This document shows positions 20,143-28,423 of a stretch of 64,000 nt of DNA, piece by piece. Both the position numbers and the translations under genes were made by a program. The stretch's first letter is position 1; each line of letters starts with the position of its first letter. Source of the stretch: Saccharofermentanales bacterium (GTDB lineage: Bacteria; Bacillota; Clostridia; Saccharofermentanales; UBA5734); NCBI GenBank assembly GCA_038326615.1, contig JBBQKF010000005.1, positions 2,911 through 66,910 on the forward strand, written 5' to 3'. The notes below the pieces were generated by a model, which saw nothing but the letters and a program-made list of their open reading frames with translations, was not told where the DNA came from and did not search any database.

Positions 20143-20275
20143 AAATCCGCCTTCCTGCATATTTTATAGTAATTTATTATGTCTTTTTTTATTACTGACT
20201 AATTCCAATAATTGCCTAGCTTTTTATGAATTACTAACTTATGAATTCTTATAATAGACGAATTTCTATGAATTG

Positions 20276-20854
20276 CTAACTGAACAAAACATCAGAGGCA
20301 ATTTCGTTTAACCTAGTTGAATATTGTTTTGCAATCATTTCAAATGTCATATTTACCTCGATCGATTTTTGACTAATAATAAGACCACCAATAAATTCTC
20401 CTGGTACAGGATTAATTGAAACATGAACTGAAAGAAGCTTTATAAGTTCACTGCCTAATGCCAAATCCTCTACATTAAAAATTATTATATCGTTTTCTTT
20501 TGCATAAGATTCTAGTATTGAAAGATAAATTTCCATTTTTTGGGTTTTGCTCAACTTGCCTAGTGAAATTACGGCCTGTTCAATAACTTCTTCAATTAAC
20601 TTTTGTTTCATTGAGAGTATTATTTTACTTTTTTTTGCAAGGGTAAACGATTGTGTTCTAAGATTTATATTTTGTGTTTCTTCGGCTAATTTTATTTGTG
20701 CAATTTCGCTCAATTTTTGGATTTCATCTTTAGCGGCTTGATTAATATCAATAATTTTTGCATCCGCTAAATCCTGATATTCAAGAGCCTTGGCTATTGC
20801 TTCTTCTAAAATCTTGCCAGTAATTGCTTCAAGTCCATCCATTTTTATTGCCAT
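20276..20854 (-). CDS. ntpE: V-type ATP synthase subunit E
   Basis: 192 aa with an N-terminal coiled coil, and the correct position between K and C. Confidence 0.7.
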   Translation of the reverse strand: MAIKMDGLEAITGKILEEAIAKALEYQDLADAKIIDINQAAKDEIQKLSEIAQIKLAEETQNINLRTQSFTLAKKSKIILSMKQKLIEEVIEQAVISLGKLSKTQKMEIYLSILESYAKENDIIIFNVEDLALGSELIKLLSVHVSINPVPGEFIGGLIISQKSIEVNMTFEMIAKQYSTRLNEIASDVLFS

Positions 20855-20916
20855 GATTTATTCATTTTAAAATCAAACAAACAAATCGTAATCCTTTCTT
20901 TTTGAAATACATGAAA

Positions 20917-21465
<549 letters not shown>

Positions 21466-21571
21466 TTAACATTCTTATATAAATTTTATGTTTTTTCTAA
21501 TTTACCATTTGCCTATGTGATAATCGAATTTATTTTATATCAATAAATGCGTAATACCATTCGAAGATGAG

Positions 21572-23572
21572 CTATTGGATTTTGCTTGTTAACGCCTTTT
21601 CATTAGAAATCCTCTCTCCATTTTCAATTTCAATAAATTTAGTTCTAAATAAAAGTGGATTCCACACTCTTCCACCTCCTTCGTAGAATTTCCCGAAAAA
21701 TTCTACGTACTGCAAACGACTAGTATGAACATAACAACCTAATGTACCAAGAGCAAGATTTAGTGTATGTCCTGCTAGCCCTGCAACGATAAAAAGCAAT
21801 ATCCCGAAAAAATTAAATCCCATTATGCTACCCAATAGGTTAACAACCATTGCTATAACCCCAGTTGCTAAAGAAAGTGCAAGTATACGAGTATATGAAA
21901 GAATATCACTGAAATAGCCTGTTATATCATACAATTTAATAATGCCTTGAAGTATTCTCATTATTGGGTTTTTGGTATCACGTGCCCCAAACAAAACAAC
22001 TGTACCCACGCCTGCCAAAACTGCAACTTTACCTATAGTTTCTAAAACATTATTCTTAAGAAAAATTCCTGCCATAAATGCGACTGCGCCTAGTAAAATG
22101 AAATACCATGAAAAAACATCAAACACTGCGTCTTTTATCTTGCCTGTTGCTATAAGAATGTATGCCTTTGCTCCCATTCCAGCAATAATATGCACTCCAC
22201 CAAAAGCCATTGATAATGCCATTAGCTTTATTGGGTCATCTATGGGGTTAAACCATAATGCTGGAAAAGAAAATTTGCCAGAAGATATTACTGTTATAAT
22301 ATCTCCAAAAAACCCTCCAAATAAAATCCCCCAGGGTATTGCTAGTAGTCCTCCCTGAAAAAGAAACAAACACATTTTACGCAAACTCCCTTTTACATTA
22401 AATTTCCAGATTAAAAGAGCGCAACCGGCCGCAAGCAGCAAACCATATCCGGCATCACTTAGCATAAGGCTAAAAAAGAAAACAAAAAACGGTGCCATCA
22501 GTGGATTCGGATCGATATCATGGGTGGATGGCGTTGAAAACATTTCTGTAATTACTTCATAGGGTTTTACAAGAAAGTTATTCTTTAATAAAATAGGGTA
22601 ATCATCTTCGTTTGTTGCCTTTTCGTGCAAAAATGCAACACAGAATTTTCTCTTTAGCTCCTTGTCAATAAAACTTGAAAGTGATGATGGAGCATAGCCT
22701 TTCATTATAAACGTAGATTTTGTATCTCTTGTGAGATTAGATGCGTCAGTCTTTTGCATGACATAATGTGCATAATCAAACAGAATTTCAAATAATTCAA
22801 TATTTTTCGAAATATCAATGCATGATTTTGTAAGAGAATCTATATTTTCGACAGCATGTGATAATTCGTTTTTGTATCTGTCAACTAGCTCCTTTGGAGT
22901 ACCTTTAGTTTCACTTATTGTAAGTGGATAAAAGTTAAAAGATTTAACGATTTTCTTTGCTTTTTGTTCCTTTTCTTTATGAACAATTATTACAGTACAA
23001 ATATTATTTTCTGACTCTGTAAACGAATCAATTACAACTTCTTGCATGGAATCTTGAAGTTCAATTTTCATCGATTCAAATTCATCATTTTCGAGAAAAG
23101 ATCCTAGCAATGTAATTGTATTTTTTGTTTCTAGTTTGTCAAATTGAAGATGTAAATTTTGCCATGGAGTCAGCTGATTTATTAATAGCTGTAACCTGAC
23201 AATCGATGATTTGTGATTTGAAATTTCCAAAACCAAATTTTCGAGTCTTTTACCAAGCTCAAATATTTCCTCTTTGTTTGCAATTGCATCAATGAATTTC
23301 TGCTCATTAACACTGCGTTTTGTTACAAACATCGCCTTTTTCTCTTTGTAAAATCCAGATGAAATCTCAATTGCTGATTTCATTTCAACCTGAAGTTTCT
23401 GCGCATTACTGTACTCTGTATCACTTTTATCTGTATCGAAACTTTCACTGATTAAGATTTCATCCGTTTTATGAAGTTCAACAACGCCTAAATTCATAAG
23501 AGATTGGACAACCTGTTCCTTCTCAGAATTCATTCCAATAACAGTGATTTTATCCATTTTAACGATGGGCAC
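21572..23572 (-). CDS. ntpI: V-type ATP synthase subunit I (a)
   Basis: 666 aa with an N-terminal soluble coiled-coil half and a C-terminal multi-TM half (SYTRILALSLATGVIA holds the conserved Arg region). Confidence 0.9.
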   Translation of the reverse strand: MPIVKMDKITVIGMNSEKEQVVQSLMNLGVVELHKTDEILISESFDTDKSDTEYSNAQKLQVEMKSAIEISSGFYKEKKAMFVTKRSVNEQKFIDAIANKEEIFELGKRLENLVLEISNHKSSIVRLQLLINQLTPWQNLHLQFDKLETKNTITLLGSFLENDEFESMKIELQDSMQEVVIDSFTESENNICTVIIVHKEKEQKAKKIVKSFNFYPLTISETKGTPKELVDRYKNELSHAVENIDSLTKSCIDISKNIELFEILFDYAHYVMQKTDASNLTRDTKSTFIMKGYAPSSLSSFIDKELKRKFCVAFLHEKATNEDDYPILLKNNFLVKPYEVITEMFSTPSTHDIDPNPLMAPFFVFFFSLMLSDAGYGLLLAAGCALLIWKFNVKGSLRKMCLFLFQGGLLAIPWGILFGGFFGDIITVISSGKFSFPALWFNPIDDPIKLMALSMAFGGVHIIAGMGAKAYILIATGKIKDAVFDVFSWYFILLGAVAFMAGIFLKNNVLETIGKVAVLAGVGTVVLFGARDTKNPIMRILQGIIKLYDITGYFSDILSYTRILALSLATGVIAMVVNLLGSIMGFNFFGILLFIVAGLAGHTLNLALGTLGCYVHTSRLQYVEFFGKFYEGGGRVWNPLLFRTKFIEIENGERISNEKALTSKIQ

Positions 23573-23882
23573 TAAACATCACAATCCCTTCGGCAACTTT
23601 AAGTATTGCTTCATCTTTTCTTTGGTCACAGTTGTTATAAATATCATCGGCTGCATTCAATGCATCAACTTCTGCAGACTTTAGGAATATTTCGGATTCA
23701 GAACTTTTTTGATCTATTATTCTCTTGTTCTCAATGATTATTTCAAGTTTGTAATTTTCTATATCTTTCTTTGCACTTGACTTTGCAGATTCAATTCGTT
23801 CTTTCTGGGTAGCTTGTGCTTGCTTAATAATTTCATCAGCACTTAGCTCTGAGTCTTCAATTATTTTAAAATAATCTGTCAT
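23559..23882 (-). CDS. ntpF: V-type ATP synthase peripheral-stalk subunit (G/H-like; E. hirae NtpF equivalent)
   Basis: 107 aa, highly charged coiled coil, first gene of the operon, with a 14-nt overlap with ntpI. Confidence 0.6.
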   Translation of the reverse strand: MTDYFKIIEDSELSADEIIKQAQATQKERIESAKSSAKKDIENYKLEIIIENKRIIDQKSSESEIFLKSAEVDALNAADDIYNNCDQRKDEAILKVAEGIVMFSAHR

Positions 23883-23924
23883 CCGTCCAAATCCTTCCTT
23901 GGTGTTGCTTTAAACAACCTCTCT

Positions 23925-25625
23925 CTAGGCAGCTAGCTGTAACATTGTCTTATTAACAATTTTGTTAATTATTATTGCACAAATGAGTGAAAGGAGCAAG
24001 GGGATAATTATAATAAGTATTGCAGATATCACAAAATTCATAGGAACTAGGAGAATCAAAGCTACCATAAGTCCAATCATTATCGTTGCTGTTAAAATCC
24101 CATAAAGAATATTCATATTTTGTTTGACAGCCTTTTGCTCATTGTCCCATTTGATTTTGGGCATATATAAATCGAAGATAATTCCTGAAATGTTAGGAAA
24201 TAATATAGCTCCAGGAAGCACTAAAACACACAGTAAAACAAACCACCATGGGGGCATAAGGAAAACAACAAGTAATATAAGGGCAAGGATGGCACCTATT
24301 GAACTAATAAAAACGCCAACTGAAATTTTCGCCCAAATCTGATCCTTATATGTCATTGGAATAATTTTCATAAGGTAAGCGCAGTTTCCTTCTCTGGAAA
24401 TCGCGCTCTCAGAAATACCGTTCGTACCGCATACAAATACTGTGTAACCAAAAAGCCCTAGAAGCACGTAAACTGCAATTTTCATATTGCCGGTAAAAAG
24501 CGTTGGCACAACCAAATCCTTTATCTTGGAAATGTTAAAATCCCCAGCAGATTGATTTATGAATAGCGGAAATAGAAGAATAATCGGCATCAAAAAATTC
24601 ATTAGTACATTATTAACAAAGAAAATAGGAGTTCTAAACAGCACTTTAAGATCTTTTTTAGCATAAGTCAAAAAAGCATTACCGCTTGCTGTCGACTCCT
24701 CGAATTCAGCTTTTGTAAGTATTTTGCCTTTTGAGGCAGAAGCCGCTATTCCAATAACCCCTTTAAGGTATATGAGGTTACCTGCAACATACAAAACAAT
24801 TACCGAAACTGCTGTTGTAACCAGAAATACTATCATCATAAAAAATGAATCCAGACCTTCTGGTTTTGTTAATGCATAATTTGCAAAATAAGTTCCAGGG
24901 AAAATGCTTGAGGATATTCTTGTAAGTTTATCTACACCATCTGTCAGTATTTTTGAAAAGTCACTCGATGCTGATTTCGCGAGAATAGCTTGGATTCCAA
25001 AGCTGAACCCAAATCCAACAAAAACTGCGAAGACACTTGCTATAAGTGTGAATCTGTCTTTGTTCCTTGCAGCAGGAGAAAATCGCATTATAAGCATTAT
25101 TATCAAAGAAGCCATTATCAACGGTATGATCGGCAAAAGTGATATTGTTATTATCATATAAATGTAAAAAAGAATTCCTTCTTTGTTTAAAACACCATAT
25201 GTTATCATAGCAGGGGTTAACAAGGCGAATACCACCAGATATTCATAAATGAGAGTAACAATAAACTTAGAAACCAATAACTGTCCGGGTGTCAAAGGTA
25301 GCGGAAGAAGTTTTTCTATGTCACTAGAAAAATAAAATACGCTCATTACATATAAAAGGCCAAAGAAGAAACTCAAAAATGCAATCACACTAATCGCAAT
25401 TCCAAGAACAAGCGACTGTAAGCCTAAGGGTTTTAAAAAATCAAAACTGCTAGATACATATAGAACTGCAAGTCCACCCATATAAAGTGCTGCAAAAACA
25501 AGTATGACCATAGTGCCGGCGCCACTAATTCGCCTCTTCTTTTTTTTCTTAGCACGATCGCCTGCAAGTGATGCAAGTCCGTTTCCTTTTAGCATTGCTT
25601 TAACTAATAAAATTATATTTTTCAC
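23925..25625 (-). CDS. multi-pass ABC-transporter permease (putative exporter component)
   Basis: 566 aa with more than 10 predicted TM segments. It lies directly downstream of an ABC ATPase. Family assignment is by context only. Confidence 0.6.
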   Translation of the reverse strand: MKNIILLVKAMLKGNGLASLAGDRAKKKKKRRISGAGTMVILVFAALYMGGLAVLYVSSSFDFLKPLGLQSLVLGIAISVIAFLSFFFGLLYVMSVFYFSSDIEKLLPLPLTPGQLLVSKFIVTLIYEYLVVFALLTPAMITYGVLNKEGILFYIYMIITISLLPIIPLIMASLIIMLIMRFSPAARNKDRFTLIASVFAVFVGFGFSFGIQAILAKSASSDFSKILTDGVDKLTRISSSIFPGTYFANYALTKPEGLDSFFMMIVFLVTTAVSVIVLYVAGNLIYLKGVIGIAASASKGKILTKAEFEESTASGNAFLTYAKKDLKVLFRTPIFFVNNVLMNFLMPIILLFPLFINQSAGDFNISKIKDLVVPTLFTGNMKIAVYVLLGLFGYTVFVCGTNGISESAISREGNCAYLMKIIPMTYKDQIWAKISVGVFISSIGAILALILLVVFLMPPWWFVLLCVLVLPGAILFPNISGIIFDLYMPKIKWDNEQKAVKQNMNILYGILTATIMIGLMVALILLVPMNFVISAILIIIIPLLLSLICAIIINKIVNKTMLQLAA

Positions 25626-25647
25626 GAAAACCTCCGGTCATTTGTAA

Positions 25648-26376
25648 TTACTCTTGATCGCTAGTCATATCAAGGAACATTGCTTCTAGTGACTCCTTTG
25701 AATGGAATTGTTCGCGCATCTGGGCAATCGTACCGATAAAGAGTATCTGCCCCTTGTCAACAATTGCAATTCTGTCGCAAACTTTCTCAGCAACATCTAA
25801 AACATGTGTCGAGAAAAAAACGGTTTTACCACTATCTGCATGGTTACGCATCATTTCCTTAAGCTCGAAAGAAGATTTCGGATCAAGCCCTGTCATCGGT
25901 TCATCAAGTATCCAAACATCAGGATTATGAATCAACGCACCCATAATCAGCAATTTTTGCCTCATACCATGAGAAAAACTTTGAATTCTGTCGCCAAGTG
26001 ACGCTTCAAGTCCAAATCTTGCGGCTAGTGATGTTATCCTTTCTTTTCGGATATCCGAAGGTACATCATAAAGATCTCCCATGAATTTCAGATACTCTAT
26101 CCCTTTAAGTCTCGGGAAAATATTTGGATCGTCAGGAACAAATCCAAAACTTTTCTTAGCCAAAATAGGATTTTTCAAAATATCATGCCCACTAACAAGA
26201 ATTGACCCTTCATCTTGTGAAAGAATTCCGGTAATCATCTTAATCGTTGTTGTCTTCCCCGCTCCATTTGGTCCTAAAAACCCAAATATTTCGCCATTAT
26301 TGATCTGCATCGAAATATTGTCAACAGCTTTTGTTTTCCCATTGTAACTTTTTGATACATTTAAAATCTCTATCAT
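25648..26376 (-). CDS. ABC transporter ATP-binding protein
   Basis: Walker A GPNGAGKTT, the signature FSHGMRQKL, and Walker B WILDEP. MIEILNVSKSY is the probable start (26376). Confidence 0.9.
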   Translation of the reverse strand: MIEILNVSKSYNGKTKAVDNISMQINNGEIFGFLGPNGAGKTTTIKMITGILSQDEGSILVSGHDILKNPILAKKSFGFVPDDPNIFPRLKGIEYLKFMGDLYDVPSDIRKERITSLAARFGLEASLGDRIQSFSHGMRQKLLIMGALIHNPDVWILDEPMTGLDPKSSFELKEMMRNHADSGKTVFFSTHVLDVAEKVCDRIAIVDKGQILFIGTIAQMREQFHSKESLEAMFLDMTSDQE

Positions 26377-26402
26377 ATTATCCTCCAAGAATTTAATGTT
26401 TT

Positions 26403-26476
26403 ATTCTATTCTATTCGATTCTATTCGATTCTGTTCTATTCTATTCGATTCTATTCGATTCTATTCGATTCTATTA
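26403..26476. repeat. tandem repeat, 10-bp unit TTCTATTCGA (with 5-bp variants), about 7 copies
   Basis: The read is ttctattctattcgattctattcgattctgttctattctattcgattctattcgattctattcgattctatt, immediately upstream of the ABC/V-ATPase gene string. A related inverted copy, TTCTATCGAATAGAA, lies at about 26544-26558. Confidence 0.9.
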
Positions 26477-26617
26477 GTAATTTCCTTATTTTTTTATTTC
26501 ATTTATCCTAATGTATTATTTACTCTATCAAATATTTTTTATCTTCCGTCATATTCTATCGAATAGAATTCCAAAAGCTTTAATAAATATCCAATTGCAT
26601 TTAACACAACTATTAAT

Positions 26618-27232
26618 TTATTTATTTTTAATACATTTTAAAATCCAATACCCGCCCTCACGCGCAATAACTTCGCAATTACCAAAAATCACATTCAATT
26701 TATCAACACTTGAGGGAGCACCCTGCTTTTTTTGAATAACAACATATAGAACACCACAAGTATTAAGATGATTGTACGAACCCTCATAAAATTCAAAAAC
26801 AACTTTCTTCCCTGCGCGAATTGGCGGGTTGGTAAGAATAACATCAAAATCCTCTTTAATATTAGCAAACCCATCAGAAATGATTATATTTGCATAATTG
26901 ACAAGATTTGCTTTTGCATTACTACCCGCAAGATTTGTAGCTCTCTCATTAATGTCCGCCATAGTAATTGATACCGGAGGGAAAGCACGTTTCAACACAA
27001 TGCCGACAGGCCCATACCCACATCCCAAATCAAGAATCGAATATTCCTTAAGTCCTCTTAAAGTAAGGTCGCTAATAGAAGTATCAAGCAACAATTTTGT
27101 ACCAAAATCAAGTTGGGATTTAGAAAATACCCCACTATCTGTTGTAAATATAAAATCAATCCCTTTCATTCTGAATGAGATTTCTTTTGGTTTGCTTTCA
27201 GTTTCAGGTTTTGCATCATAATAATGTGACAT
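26618..27232 (-). CDS. class I SAM-dependent methyltransferase (RsmC/YbxB-like small MTase domain)
   Basis: ILDLGCGYGPVG (motif I) and ILTNPPIRAGK (NPPxH/R-type motif IV). The ATG is at 27232. The track start at 27244 is GTG. Confidence 0.8.
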   Translation of the reverse strand: MSHYYDAKPETESKPKEISFRMKGIDFIFTTDSGVFSKSQLDFGTKLLLDTSISDLTLRGLKEYSILDLGCGYGPVGIVLKRAFPPVSITMADINERATNLAGSNAKANLVNYANIIISDGFANIKEDFDVILTNPPIRAGKKVVFEFYEGSYNHLNTCGVLYVVIQKKQGAPSSVDKLNVIFGNCEVIAREGGYWILKCIKNK

Positions 27233-27510
27233 TGTTCTTCTCACTTTACAAATTTAATATTTAACTTTTTCTTAAAATTATTATTCTTCTTATTATTATT
27301 ATTATATTAGCTAACGAACCAAATTTCTAGACTTTAATACATACTTTATTGCACAACACTATATTTTTATTAGTTGCTCATACCCTATTCATTTATAGTA
27401 TTTAACTTTCTATTGATTCATTTTGCCATTTGCTAATTTCATTTATTGTTGAAATTATTTTTGTTATTTTTTTATTTTTGTTTTTTTAAAAAATTTTACT
27501 AATTTAAGAA

Positions 27511-28047
27511 TTACAAACCCTCGTCACTTCTGAAAATACGGGTCTTTTTCATGGCAAGATATAAAGGAATTCCCAGTGCGTAAATTACAACAAATTCGCC
27601 TAACATTACCGAACCAATTGTTATTGCAAGAACCAGTGGCAGACTTGTTGCCATATTTCTTATCTCAGGAACAACTAAAGGTAAATATCCACCAACAATT
27701 ATACCATTAAATATAACCGACGGAAGTGGTAGAAGAAATATTTTAATTTTCTTGAATTTTTCTGACAATTTCTGACTCATCCAATATGTTAGAATTGCCG
27801 CAAGAAGTGTTGCAATACTACCAAACGCAATATCAACAATTCCAAGTCCTCCATATAAATTTGCAATAATGCACCCGATGAATAATCCCGGAATGCCAGC
27901 AGGTGTAAGGGCGCTGATAAGCATGAAACTTTCGGATATACGAAATTGTACAAGTCCGAAACTGATAGGAGCAAACGCAATTGTTAAAACCGCGTATGCA
28001 GCAGCAATAAGTGCTGCTTGTGTCATTTGTTTTGTGGTAAATCTCAT
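27511..28047 (-). CDS. queT: queuosine-precursor transporter QueT (ECF S-component-like)
   Basis: QFRISESFMLISALTPAGIPGLFIGCIIANLYGGLGIVDIAFGSIATLLAA matches the QueT family pattern. 178 aa and 5-6 TM. Confidence 0.75.
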   Translation of the reverse strand: MRFTTKQMTQAALIAAAYAVLTIAFAPISFGLVQFRISESFMLISALTPAGIPGLFIGCIIANLYGGLGIVDIAFGSIATLLAAILTYWMSQKLSEKFKKIKIFLLPLPSVIFNGIIVGGYLPLVVPEIRNMATSLPLVLAITIGSVMLGEFVVIYALGIPLYLAMKKTRIFRSDEGL

Positions 28048-28180
28048 TTTTCCTTCTTCCCGTTTGTTAGGTATACAAACATCCTTTAAATAGAAGTTTT
28101 CTTAATTGCTAAATATGCAAAGGAAAACCTTGATTATTATAACAGACTTATTTGCATTATAAAATAGTCACTAATTTGTT

Positions 28181-28275
28181 TTTACCACGGGGACTTAGAA
28201 CCATGGTTATTTACCACAGGGACAGGAACCACGGTTAAATTTTTGTTTTAACCATGGTTCTAAGTCCCCGAAAGA
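28181..28275. repeat. cluster of ~28-bp repeats with an AACCATGGTT core (two direct, one inverted), forming a 21-bp perfect inverted repeat
   Basis: GGGGACTTAGAACCATGGTTA (28189-28209) pairs with TAACCATGGTTCTAAGTCCCC (28249-28269). A variant, TTTACCACAGGGACAGGAACCACGGTTAAAT, lies at 28210-28240. It is followed by CCGAAAGAA x3 (28268-28313). Confidence 0.9.
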
Positions 28276-28304
28276 AATGAAAGAAAGTCCCCGAAAGAAC
28301 TGGC

Positions 28305-28347
28305 GCCGAAAGAAAATAGCGCGTCGAATTTTAAATTTCGACGCGCT
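28305..28347 (-). terminator. rho-independent terminator of hsdR (copy 1 of the repeated hairpin element)
   Basis: AGCGCGTCGAA (28318-28328) pairs with TTCGACGCGCT (28337-28347). On the minus strand it is followed by ATTTTCTTTC. Confidence 0.7.
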
Positions 28348-28423
28348 ATTACAACTTCGTGAATCATTTGTTTATGATATTTTACTTTAACTGAATTAGT
28401 TTTATTTTTACTAATAAATTTCT

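Noticed and set aside
26403-26476. CRISPR-like appearance of the short tandem arrays (also at 1579-1650 and 31405-31459).
   Set aside because: The units are 10-15 bp and contiguous, with no unique spacers and no cas genes. They are simple tandem repeats.
28048-28140. Possible preQ1 riboswitch in the queT leader (hairpin GUUUG-UAUACCUAA-CAAAC followed by GGGAAGAAGGAAAAAUG).
   Set aside because: queT genes often carry preQ1-I or preQ1-II riboswitches. This leader lacks the A-rich tail (…UAUAAAAAACUAAGG-like) and the loop consensus that I can recall for class I. I could not match class II or III by eye. A covariance-model scan is needed.
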